Source of the DNA: Malacoraja senta
Lineage: Eukaryota
Length of the DNA: 64,000 nucleotides
Direction of reading: 5' to 3'
Assembly: GCA_038087875.1 (NCBI GenBank)
Contig: CM075989.1
Coordinates: forward strand, 18,292,001 to 18,356,000
Shown here piece after piece: positions 39,029-50,508 of this stretch. Numbering within the stretch: the first letter of the stretch is position 1; every line of letters begins with the position of its first letter. Position numbers and translations under genes: made by a program. The notes beneath the pieces are model-generated. The model saw only the letters and a program-made list of their open reading frames with translations, was not told where the DNA came from and did not search any database.

Positions 39029-39992
39029 AATGCCTTTTCTGGGACGAGGACTGTCTGAGCATACTGTGGACATGCTTACGGCAGCCTGGAGGAAGAGCAC
39101 TCAAAAACAGTACCTTTCTTATATTAAGAAATGGGAAAAGTTCTGGGTACAAAAGAATGTGCAATAAAGTACTGCAGATATTTCAAATGTTTAGAATTTC
39201 TGTCAAAACTTTATTATGATGAAGGTCTGAGTTGTAGTGCAATTAATTCAGCCAGAAGTGCATTGTCCTCATATTTGGTTCTGGATTCAGAAAGAAACTC
39301 AATTGGGTCACACCCAATTGTTTCCAGACTAATGAAAGGAATCTTTAATTCCAAAACACCGAAACCTAGGTACGTGACAATCTGGGATGTAAGTGTGGTA
39401 CTGAAACTACTTCGTGATGGTTATCAAGTGTGTCTTTACCTTTGGTCAAGCTCAGTATGAAAGTATTCATGTTTATGGCATGAGTGACAGCACAACGAGT
39501 GCAAACACTTGGAAAATTACAAATAGACAGTATGGAAGTAACTGAAGACAAGGTTACATTCTATATCTATGACCTAATAAAGCAAATTAGGCCAGGTGTG
39601 ACAGGATTTAAAATTATGCTGGCAGCATATCCAAATGATCCATGTCTTTGTATTAAGACATATTTATTACAATACATTGAGGTCACAAAGAATTTGAGAA
39701 TACGGAAACTGGGTTTTTGATCACACACAAGAAACCACACAAGAGAGTTTCAATACAGACTATTTCCAGATGGATAAAAGAAGTCTTAACAGCTGCTGGT
39801 ATTAACATTTATGTTTTTACGTCTCACTCGACTAGGGCAGCAGAAATGTCGGCGGCCAGGGCAAAAGACGGCCCCGTCGACCATATCCTCGCAGCCGCCG
39901 GGTGGTCCAATGAGTTGATGTTTCAACATTTTTACCATCGGCCTATTGTTAATGCGGGGTTGTTTGCAGAAACTATTTTAAGTTCTGTGTAA
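39029..39992 (+). pseudogene. DIRS tyrosine recombinase remnant
   Basis: INSARSALS, G.HP.V.R.MKG, TAQRVQ (catalytic R), TISRWIK, HSTRAA (HxxR) and AAGWS...FQHFY (W, Y). Split over several frames. Confidence 0.92.
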
Positions 39993-40160
39993 ATTCCTTT
40001 GGTTTAAAGGGGATCTGATTCATTTCATTCTTGAAATGAATTACTGCATTTGTGGTACAAATGTTATTATGAATGCATGATTGATTATTCTCGTTCCGAG
40101 TCAATCTATGCAGTGAGAAGCCGGGATTGATCCACGGCATGAAATCACAAAGCTTTAAAA

Positions 40161-40274
40161 TCTTCACGTAGTCACTCACGTGACTCCGAAGTAAAATAGT
40201 AAGATTAAACGAGAACTTACCTAAGTTTGAAGTTTGATCTTTATTTTATGAGGAGTTACGTAGGTGATTACGTG
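40161..40274 (+). other. DIRS internal complementary region (ICR)
   Basis: 40161-40196 is the exact reverse complement of 35733-35768. 40197-40274 is the exact reverse complement of 40427-40504. Confidence 0.95.
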
Positions 40275-41519
40275 CCCGCCACGACCCTACCCTCTATCAT
40301 AAAGGTCAGATGGAAGTTCTTGTATTACTCGTTTTAGTATGAGACTATATTACTTCGGTTCTTGTTTTTTGTGATTTCACACCGCTGCTTTGAAGATTAA
40401 CGCGCAGGCGCACTGACGGGCTTCTTCACGTAATCACCTACGTAACTCCTCATAAAATAAAGATCAAACTTCAAACTTAGGTAAGTTCTCGTTTAATCTT
40501 ACTAGTTTATACCAAAGACAGACACAAAGATTTGTGATGTTTCAGGTTGGAACCCTTCTTCTGACCCAAAAACAGCACCCATCTTTTTTCTCCCAAGAAG
40601 CTGCCTGACCCACTGAGTAATTCCAGCACCTTGTCTAAACTGCTAACGTTTTTTTCTTGGGAAATATATAGTCGACATTTCAAGTGTATATTTCAGATTG
40701 GGAAAGTCTTTGGCTCATACAGAGAGAATAGAATCCCATCTGATTTCCTATTTCAATGTTATTTCTCCATTTTCTATCTTTTTATTGTGTTCTTGTAAGT
40801 AAATGTGGCCAGAGACCCGGGTTCGATCCTAACTACGGGTACTGGCCTGTACGGAGTTTGTACGTTCTCACCGTGACCTGCGTGGGTTTTCTCCAAGATC
40901 TCTGGTTTCCTCCCACACTCCAATGAAGTACAGGTTTGTAGGTTAATTGGCTTGGTGTATAAGTAAACTGTCCCTAGTGTGTGCAGGATAGTGTTAATGT
41001 GCGGGGATCGCTGGTCGGTGCGGACTCGGTGGGCCAAAGGACCTGTTTCCACACTGTCTCTCTTAGGAAAAAAACATTAAAAAATATATAATTGGATCCC
41101 CTCAAAATTAGATTGAGGCATTTTGCCTCAAAATCTGAATGAGGAAAAGATGCAACATATTTTTCAGGTTATTGCCAGGCATAATAACAAGCTGGGGAGT
41201 GGATTGGCAGGGATAAATGAGCAACAGAGTGCATGATGCAGGTTAGATTTATAGGTAGCTAAGACTGCAAAACATCACATGAAATGAGTGATGGTTTTTG
41301 TCTTAACAAGGCAGGAACATGGAAATATTTGGTGTGGAGAAAAATCCAAATTGGAATTTTTTAATTAGTTGCAGAAAAACCTAAAGTAAGTTTGTGACAT
41401 TAGAAATGTACTGTAGTAACAGCCATGACTCCAAATCAATAATGAATCCACTTGCACACACATTAGGTGAATTCACCCAATGGGTTTTACTTCCGCAGAC
41501 AAACAAGAGGGTCTAGAAT

Positions 41520-42065
41520 CCTATTGTGAGCAATTTTTGGGCACCATATCTGAGGAAGGATGTGCTGGCTCTGGAGAGGGTCTAGAGGAGGTTTATAAGA
41601 ATGATCCCAAGAATGAGTGGATGAACCTATGATGAGCGCTTGTCGGCACTGGGCCTGTACTCGCTGGACTTTAGAAGAATGAGGGGGCAACCTCATTGAA
41701 ACATACAGAATAGTGAAAGGCTTGGATAGAGTGGATGTGGAGAGGATGTTTCCACTAGTGGGAGAGTCTAGGACCAGAGGTCATTGCCTCAGAATTAAAG
41801 GACGTTCTTTTAGGAAGGAAATGAGGAGGAATTTCTTTAGTCAGAGGTTGATGAATCTGTGGAATTCTTTGCCACAGAAGGCTGTGGAGGCTGTCGGTTG
41901 ATATTTTTACAGCAGAGATAGATAGATTCTTGATTAGTATGGATGCCAGAGGTTGTGGGAAGAAGGCAGAAGAAGGCAGGGGTTAGAAGAGAGAGATAGA
42001 TCAGCCGTGATTGAATGGTGGAGTAGACTTGAAGGGCCGATTGGCCTAATTCTATTCCTATTCCT
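41520..42065 (+). mobile_element. CR1 LINE 3' fragment
   Basis: KGLDRVDVERMFPLVGESRTRGH...NFFSQR..NLWNSLPQKAVEA followed by a CR1 3'UTR. Confidence 0.9.
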
Positions 42066-42151
42066 TATATCATTCCCCTGCACTCCAGCATTACAGCCAT
42101 TCGGGCAATGGAAATTCATACTTACAGAATTCACAGATAACTACCCAAAAA

Positions 42152-43492
42152 AAAGTTATGGAATAAAATTTACGCCTTCCATGAATGTGAAAAAAGTAAA
42201 TAAACTTAAGGATGCAAAGTGTCCTTCAAGACACAAAGTGCTGGAGTACTCAGCATCTCTGGAGAACATGGATAGGTTACGTTTTGGGTCTATACCCTTC
42301 CTCTGGTCCAAAGGCCCTTTAATTGGACGTGGCTGTGGCTCCTGCACCTATTGTCTATTGGCTGGTTTGGCCAGGAGAGGCGTGGACCTTGAAGGGGATG
42401 TGTCATCACAGATCTAAAGGCGGAAACAATGTAAGGCAATGTGAACCAGGGCATTGGTGGGGAGTTTAAACAAGTCGACTGAAGGATCAAGCCCCATCAG
42501 GGTCGATGATATTTAGCTTTTCAATTCTACGAACATATTGTTATTGTGATATATTAATGCTGGTTCAAAGATATTCCTGTACAGGATGGATTCCCAAGTT
42601 TTTTTGTAATAATCTCCAATTTATTGAAATATGTAAATTAAGTGAATATACCTTTTGTTAGAAGTTTAAATTATTGAAGCTGAAGACTTTTCCTTCATAA
42701 ATTCCAATTACTCATAAATTTCACTTATTTGGATAACTTCTTTGACTGTCTAGAAGAATTCTTCATGCTCTGGTGATGGCACAGATAACATATGTCAACC
42801 TCGGGGAAACCACTGCGTTCTGTTTAGTGATATAATTAACAGATGCCTGTTACAGCAGACTTATTTCGCTGTTAACATTGCCACTAATAAGAGGGAATGC
42901 CCCTGCATCGTTAATAATGCTACCACTGAGCATCCTGAAATCTCTTGCTCTAACCTGTCTTCATCGACGGGACGGCAGTGGAGAGAGTCGACAGCTTCAA
43001 GTTCCTGGGCGCACACATCTCAGAAAATCTGTCCTGGCCCCAGCGCATTGATCGCAAACAAAGAAAGCTCATCAACACTTCAACTTCCTTCCGAGATTGA
43101 TGGGATTTTGTATGCTGGCGAATTTGTTATCGAACTTCCACAAGTGAACGGTAGGGAGTGTACTGACTGGTCTGTTAAGCTGCACTAAGTAAGAACTTCA
43201 TTGTTCCATTGTTGATACCTATCACAACTAAACAGTTGACTTTCGAATTTGAACTCCAACGGGAAAGAACAAAAATCAGTTATACAAGGGGGGCGTTAAA
43301 CAATATTTCAAGTTGAACCTGTCATTGAAAGTTATGGAATAAAATTTACGCCTTCCATTCATGTGAAAAAAGTAAATAAACTTAAGGAGGCAAAGTGTCC
43401 TTCAAGACACAAAGTGCTGGAGTACTCAGCGGGAGAGGCAGCATCTCTGGAGAACTTGGATAGGTTACGTTTTGGGTCGAGACCCTTCCTCT
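42152..43492 (+). repeat. Local direct duplication of about 150-165 bp (42152-42303 and 43328-43492)
   Basis: The shared unique flank aagttatggaataaaatttacgccttcc...gtccttcaagacac is joined to the same Penelope-derived fragment in both copies. Confidence 0.88.
42950..43172 (+). mobile_element. Rex1/Babar LINE internal fragment
   Basis: Encodes IDGTAVERVDSFKFLGAHISENLSW, the end of the RT domain of Rex1-type LINEs. Confidence 0.8.
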
Positions 43493-45464
43493 GTCCTCAA
43501 AAGAAGTCTTACGTTTGTACCCCTCCACCCCCACATCAGTGAGTTCTGGGTTTGCCAAGATGTAGAGCTCTTCTGTCATCTCTGCCTCTGGTACTTTTTC
43601 TATGGAGAGGAGCCTACCATGTTCTCCAGAGATGCTGCCTGACCTGCTGAGTTACTCCAGCACTTTGTGTCCTTTCGTGTATTAACCAGCATCTGCAGTT
43701 CCATGTGTGATCAATATGGCGATCCAATGTGATATCCTTTTTTACAAAATCATGTTGCCTTTCCTTCAATTGTGGGTGGCAGAGTGGTGCAGCGGTAGGG
43801 CTGCTGCCTCACAGCGCCAGATATCCAGGTTTGATCAATTGCACAATCTCCCTGCGACCATGTGGGTTTCCTCCGGGTGCACTGGTTTCCTCCCACATCC
43901 CAAAAGCAAGTGGATCCGGAGCAGGGTTCTGACCTGAAACGTCATTTTGTGTCTGGTGTAAACCAGCATCTGCAGTTCCTTCTTACACGTTTCTTCTGTA
44001 CACTCTGGGTGGGTCGATTGTAATCATAAATAGTCTTTCCGCTGACTGGTTATCATGCAACAAAAGCTTTTCACTATACCTCGGTCCACAGGACAACAAA
44101 CTAAACTAAACTAATGAATGTTGACACAAAACAAGCCACCAATAAAGATTTATTTGGATCAGATGATGAATCAGATCAGTGAAGGAGGATGGGGGCTGGG
44201 GAAGCAGCGAAGTTCAGAAGAGGTTCTACAGAAGGGTCTCGACCCAAATCGTCACCTATTCCTTCTCTCCAGAGATGCTGCCTGACCCCCTGAGTTACTC
44301 CAGCATTGTGTGTCACGGTGTACAGATACAGGATAAAGGAAATCATATTCAGTGTAAGGTAAAGTGCCATTAAAGATAGTCCGAGGGTCTCCAATGAGGT
44401 AGATAGTAGCTCAGGACTGCCCTCCAGTTGTCGGTTGGATGGCCTGATAACAGTTGGGAAGAAATTGTCTCCGAGTCTGGAAAATCTGGTAAAGTACCTT
44501 TTGATCAATTACTACATGGATACAGATAGATATTCTTTTGACCTGTTAACTCTTACTCATTGTTTTAAGTATCCTACTGACTGCATATTTCCAGTATTTC
44601 TCCTCCCCACCTTGCATAGGCCAGCAGAACATTTCACTTTTCACAAATCACGGGATAATCTGCAGACTTTGAAACTTTGCTTTTAAACAACTTCAGAGTG
44701 TATTTCTGCAGACTGTTGCAAATCGAGCATTAAATATTGCGACCACCTCTGTGCTCATCTTTCCAAGCAGAACTACCATTAATAATCAATATACTTGTTT
44801 TATTATTCAGCTACTTGAATGGTCAATTGACAGAAAACTCCTTAACGCACAACTATGGGCGGCACGGTGGCGTAGTGCTACTTCCTTACAGCGCCCGAGA
44901 CACTGATCCCGACTACGGGCGCTGTCTGTACGGAGTCTGTACGTTCTCCCCGCGACCTGCGTGGGTTTTCTCCGGCATCTTCGGTTTCCTCCCACACTCC
45001 AAAGACGTCCAGGCTTGTAGGTTAATTGGCTCGGTATGCATGTAAAATTGTCCTGAGGATGTGTTGGATAGTGTTAATGTGCGGGGACCGTTGGTTGGCG
45101 CGGCTTGGTGGGCCGAAGGGCCTGTTTCCACGCTGTATCTCTAAACTAAACTAAAAAACTAAAACAACAACTCTCCCTTAACACTTCTATCCAAATTCCT
45201 TCCAAAAGAGGAGGCATTAGTATTCCGCATGTATCATCAGCAGTTGAATTTATTATGCTTGACCCACTTTCCCCATGCCCGGGACTGCTGGCAACTATTG
45301 CAGTTTATTTTAATGCCTATTTTAAAACAGAGACAACTAAATTTTCGGCAACATCTTTTTGGCATTTTCTTTCATGTTGGGGCTGAGGTCCAAATCTCTG
45401 AGGCCAACTCTGCACTCAGTGACAACTACATGAACTTCCTTCTGAATCCCAGAGACGGTGTTAA

Positions 45465-45709
45465 AGGGCCTGTCCCACTTGCCGATATTTTCGGCAACTG
45501 CCGGCATCATTTACTGACGTATCAGGTCACCGAAAAATTTGCGGAGTGATGCGGCATGACGCGACGTGATGCGGCGTGACGCGGCATGATGACGTATGCC
45601 GCGCGGTGTTTTTTCAAGTGTCGCAACATTTTTCTTTGTTCAAAATCTTTTGGCGACACTGATATGACGCTGGCCGTCGCGGGGAAAATCGCAAAGTGGG
45701 ACAGGCCCT
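45465..45709. mobile_element. PIF/Harbinger MITE (family B)
   Basis: TIRs AGGGCCTGTCCCACTT...AAGTGGGACAGGCCCT with TAA/TTA (TWA) flanks. The internal sequence is homologous to 11390-11629. Confidence 0.85.
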
Positions 45710-46139
45710 TTACTGATCCCAGATAGACACAAAAAGCTGGAGTAACTCAGCGGGACAGGCAGCATCTCTGGAGAGAAGGATGGGTGACATTTTGGGTCGA
45801 GACCCTTCTTCAGATTGCTACTGATCCTCTTGATCCGTAGATCGACAGTCAATATTCATTTTCCATGATGTTAACACAATCTAATTTGCAGCGAAGCACT
45901 CCGCACTTTGTAAAGTTCACGGGCAAGAAGGTGCCAATGTCACGGGATGGTTAACCTAATGAGGTGCACTATCGGTGGGGGAGCTGAGAGATATTTACAC
46001 ACAATTCAATGATTCAATACTTTATTGTCACTTGTACCCAGGTACAGTGGAATTCTTTGTGTTTTGCATACAATGCACAAAGTTCCCAAAATAGTCGCCA
46101 CGTGTCTGGCGCCGACAGTGTTACAAAAATAATCATTAG

Positions 46140-46775
46140 CCGTTATTGCAAGAGGGCTAGAATACAACAACCGGGATGTCATGCTGAGGCTCTCTGAGGC
46201 GCTGGCCAGGCCGCGCTTGGAGTATTGTGAACAATTGTGGGCACCATATCCGAGGAAGGGTGTGCTGGCTCTGGAGAGAGTCCAGAGGAGGTTTACAAGA
46301 ATGATCCCAGGAATGAGTGGGTTAACATATGATGAGTGTTTTGACGGCACTGGGCCTGTACTCGCTGAAGTTTAGAAGGATGAGGGGGAACTTCATTGAA
46401 ACTTATTGAATAGTGAAAGGCTTGGATAGTGTGGATTTGGAGAGGATGTTTCCACTAGTGGGAGAGTCTAGGACTAATGGTCATAGCCTCAGAATAAAGG
46501 ATGTTCCTTTAAGAAGGAGATGAGGAGGAATTTTCTTTGGTCAGAGGATGGTAAATCTGTGGAATTTTTTGCCACAGAAGGCTGTGGAGGCCAATAGATA
46601 TTTTTAAGGCAGAGATAGACAGATTCTTGACTTGTATGGGTGTCAGGGATTATGGGGAGAAGGCAGGAGAATGGGGTTAGGAGGGAGAGATAGATCTGCC
46701 ATGATTGAATGATGGAGTAGACTTGATGGGCCGAATGGTTTAACCCTGCTCCTATCACTTATGACCATATGACAT
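46140..46775 (+). mobile_element. CR1 LINE 3' fragment
   Basis: RPRLEYCEQLWAPY...LERVQRRFTRMIPGM followed by the CR1 C-terminus and 3'UTR. Confidence 0.9.
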
Positions 46776-47593
46776 GATTAGAATCTCGATAGTCTCTCCT
46801 TGTTGTTGGCGGCCTCTCTCTCTCCCTCCCCCCCATCGGGTCCCTCCTTGTTCTCAGCAGCCCACCCCCCCGCCGGTCATTGGGTCCATCAGTCCATACT
46901 AGCTCCCATCAGATCCATTGCCCATCTCCTCCGCAACACATGCCCGTCAACCACCCATCCTCAATGGGGTGGGAGATTGCAACCTTCACGTGGTCCACCC
47001 TGTTTCCACCAATGCAATCAATCCAACGTGCACAAACAAGATCAAATACAACAAGTTGACCTACAACTTTAGGCTGCGCACGCCACACGCAAGAAGAAGT
47101 CACATCCTCAATCAATTCTTTTTGCCACTTACAGCAGCCAATTAACCTGTCAGCACATCTTCAGGATGTGGGAGAAAGCCCACGTATTCACTAGGAAAAC
47201 GTGCAAACTGCCCCCAGACAGCAAAGGTCAGGTGTGAACCTGGGTCACTGGGGAAGTGTGAATCAGCGTGAAGAAGGGTGAATTGGGTTGCTGTGAAGCT
47301 GTGCCACAGAGCCATGGATGTATAGATAGGCAAAGGGTGGAAGATGTTCACCGACACTCCCTGATCTATTAAATATTTATAGCGCTTAGAGTCAGAGTGA
47401 TACAGTGTGGAAACAGGCCCTTCAGCCCAACTTGCCCACAACGGCCAACATGTCCCATCGACACTAGTCCCACCTGCTTGCGTTTGGCCCATCTCCCTGT
47501 CCTGTCCATGTACCTGTCTAAATGTTTCTTAAACGTTGCGATAGTCCCTGCCTCAATTACCTCCTCCAGCAGCTTGTTCCATACACCCACCAC

Positions 47594-48184
47594 CAAAGAT
47601 ACTAGAGAGGAGCAAGATAGACCACTCCTCCGAAATCCAATGGAGTGACGTGTAGTACGTAACGGAACGTCACGGCCGCCATTTTTTAATGCAAAACGCG
47701 ACATCTTTGGTAGCGGGGACGGACTCCACAGTTATACAATCTGCGCTTACATCAGGAAGAGCAAAGATACTGGAGGCTCCTCTAGTATCTTTGGGGGAAG
47801 AGGACGTTTTCTCCACTCCTGAGTTGATCCAGGACTGATTCTCGGTCCCGCCGATACCAGATGAATGCAGCCGGCACCAGACTCTCTGTCTGGCGGGAGT
47901 GCCTCAAGCGTCGGCGCTCCCGAGTCAGCGGGCAATGCTTCTCTTGTATCTTTGGTGTAATCCGTTCCAAAGATTGATCCGCTCTATCATCTTTGGTGTA
48001 ATCCGTGTTGTAGGGAACAGTGTTTTATATAGCATCTATCACTTCACATATTTAGTTAATATTATTGTAAATATTATTATTATTATTGTAAATTGCAGTC
48101 CGGTAAAATGGAGTCAACACTCACGCATGTCATACTACGCTTTTTTCGCAGAGTGGCGCATCTTTCTCTGCTCTATAATCTTTG
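47594..48184. mobile_element. Non-autonomous DNA transposon with 8-bp TSD (P-element-like termini), nested in a minus-strand CR1 fragment (about 47390-48480)
   Basis: TSD CCCACCAC at 47586-47593 and 48185-48192. Imperfect TIRs of about 40 bp: CAAAGATACTAGAGAGGAGCAAGATAGACCACTC versus CAAAGATTATAGAGCAGAGAAAGATGCGCCACTC. Confidence 0.8.
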
Positions 48185-49923
48185 CCCACCACCCTCTGTG
48201 TGAGCAATAAAATATTTCCCCTCTCACCTTAGACCTGTTATCGGCTCCCCTACTCTGGACAAGAGACTGTGCGTCTACCCGATCTATTCCTCTCATGATT
48301 TTGTACACCTCTATATGATCATCCTTCATCCTCCTGCGCTCCAAGGAATAGAGCACCAGCCTGCTCAACATTTCCCTACATCTCAGGCCATCGAGTTCTG
48401 GCAACATCCTCGTAAATCTTCTCTGCACCCTTTCCAGCTTGACAACATCTTTCCTTTAACACGGTGCCCAGAACCGAACGCAATTTCATTTTCACTTCAG
48501 ATTACCGTACCAGCATCAGCGATGTTTCAGTTTCCATTGTGAATGGTTGACAAAGCAACACCGAGGATTATTTGCCGGGAAGTGAAATCGTCCTTTTTCA
48601 GTAATTGTTTCATGACAATACCGAACGATTCGCCACAATTAGCCACTGAGGCACAGAGAAACACAGCAGTCCGGGGAATTAAACTGGTATCTGAAACGAG
48701 CCAATGTCACAGAATTTGTGAAAGGGGAAAGTAAATAATTTCACAGACAATAGCTTGAATTGAAGAAGCCAATCTGTAGAAGAGCCCAAGGGCGTTGTTC
48801 GTCTGTGCTGCTCTATCTGCAGAGGTGAAGTGTACACAAGGAGAAAATCAGTGATTGCTAAACCACCGCTCCCATCACAGCCATCTGAGCATTCATACCC
48901 CCATCAAAACCAGTCAACAACAACGCTCAGAGTAAATAGCAGCTTGACTATCACCATCTACATCTTTCCTTTCCCTTTCCCCTGACTCACCGTCTGAAGG
49001 TCATAAGGTCATAAGTGATAGGAGTAGAATTAGGCCATTTGGCCCATCAAGTCTACTCCACCATACAATCATGGCTGATCTACCTCTCCCCCCTAACCCC
49101 ATTCTCCTGCCTTCTCCCCACAGCATCTGACACCTGTCATTCATTCATTCATCATCGTTGAAAACATTAGCGACGCAGTGGTGCTGGTTTCCAATGGGAA
49201 CGGTGACGGACGCACCACACATCTCTGTCCTCCAGTTACTGCGGACTTCCGCCGCTGGAAGTATAGGATTTTGGTGTGTGTGCATTATCATCATTCCTTA
49301 CAATGCTATGTACGACAGTGATCGCAACTTCTACTGAAGTTGTACTATTCATCTGTACTAATCAAATAAAATCTATCCTTGCCTTAAAAATATCCACTGA
49401 CTTGGCCTCCACAGACTTCTGTGGCAAAGAGTTCCGCAGACTCACCACCCTCTGACTAAGAAGGGTCTCGGCCCGAGTTGTCACCCATTCCTTCTCTCCA
49501 GAGATGCGGCCTGTCCCACTGACTTAATCCAGTATTTTTTTGTCTGCCTGCAGCTTGACTAATTTGCTTGTGCCAATTCCCTGGCTAGTCCCAAAGTGAA
49601 AATGACTGCGTAGATTTTCTTGCAGTGGACTTGCACATGCACGAGTAAGAAGTCTGAATTTGAATTTAAGTTTAGTTTATTGTCACCTGTACAGCGAAAA
49701 GCTTTTGTTGCATGCTAACCAGTCAGCAGAAAGACAATACATGATTACAATCAAGCCATCCGCAGTGTACAGACACATGATAAAGGTAACAAATGTGAAT
49801 AACATTTAGTGCAAGATAAAGTCCAGAAAAGTCCAATCAAAGATAGTCCGAGGGTCTCCAATGAGGTAGATAGTAGCTCAGACTGCTCTCTAGTTGTCGG
49901 TAGGATGGTTCAGTTGCCTGGTA

Positions 49924-50462
49924 TCATGGTAATTGGTCAGGTCGGGGGGGAGTCCCCTCGTCACGTGTACCATGTAATCCCGTGCTACCTGCTCCATGGT
50001 CGGATAGTCGGCGACCAAATTGTCTCCCCCACCTGGTTTTAAAGAAGGAACTGCAGATGCTGGAAAATCGAAGGTACACAAAAATGCTGGAGAAACTCAG
50101 CGGGTGCAGCAGCATCTATGGAGCGAAGGAAATAGGTAACGTTTCGGGCCGAAACCCTTCTTCAGACCCTTCTTCCCAGGGTCTGAAGAAGGGTTTCGGC
50201 CCGAAACGTTACCTATTTCCTTCGCTCCATAGATGCTGCTGCACCCGCTGAGTTTCTCCAGCATTTTTGTGTACCATCCCCCACCTGGTTTGCCAGGTGA
50301 GGAGGGGGCTGTGGACCCCCAGCAGGACCAAAAACAAGACCTGCCAAAGGGCAGATGAGCTCCTAGCGAGCCAATGGCCATCCACACACCAGTAGAAGTT
50401 GCGATCACTGTCGTACACGGCATTGTAAGGCACCGTGCCCGTTGATGTTTTCAATGATGATG

Positions 50463-50494
<32 letters not shown>

Positions 50495-50508
50495 GATGAT
50501 GATGATGA
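49924..50508 (+). mobile_element. Short GC-rich retroposon with a (GAT)n tail (possibly RTE-mobilised)
   Basis: TGGTA is duplicated at the junctions and the tail is (GAT)n at about 50455-50510. A related minus-strand copy at about 49141-49335 shares cagtagaagttgcgatcactgtcgtaca and tgttttcaa.gatgatga. Confidence 0.55.
50040..50276. mobile_element. Young Penelope-derived hairpin insertion with perfect 98-bp inverted arms and a 15-bp TSD
   Basis: Arms are 50073-50170 and 50178-50275 with a 7-nt loop. TCCCCCACCTGGTTT lies at 50025-50039 and 50277-50291. Intact hammerhead cores are at 50165-50138 (-) and 50183-50210 (+). Confidence 0.9.

Larger units (their letters stand above)
35733..40504 (+). 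mobile_element. DIRS1-type tyrosine-recombinase retrotransposon, full length, coding-defective
   Basis: Domain order is gag-like, RT, RNase H, MT, YR. ITRs are 35754-35791 and 40400-40437. The internal complementary region 40161-40274 is complementary to both termini. There is no TSD, and the element splits a Penelope-derived repeat at gatgctg|gtttat. Confidence 0.95.

Noticed and set aside
46960..47099. Possible LINE (Vingi-like) 3' end ending gccacacgcaagaagaag
   Set aside because: Only a vague tail resemblance, with no supporting ORF motif.
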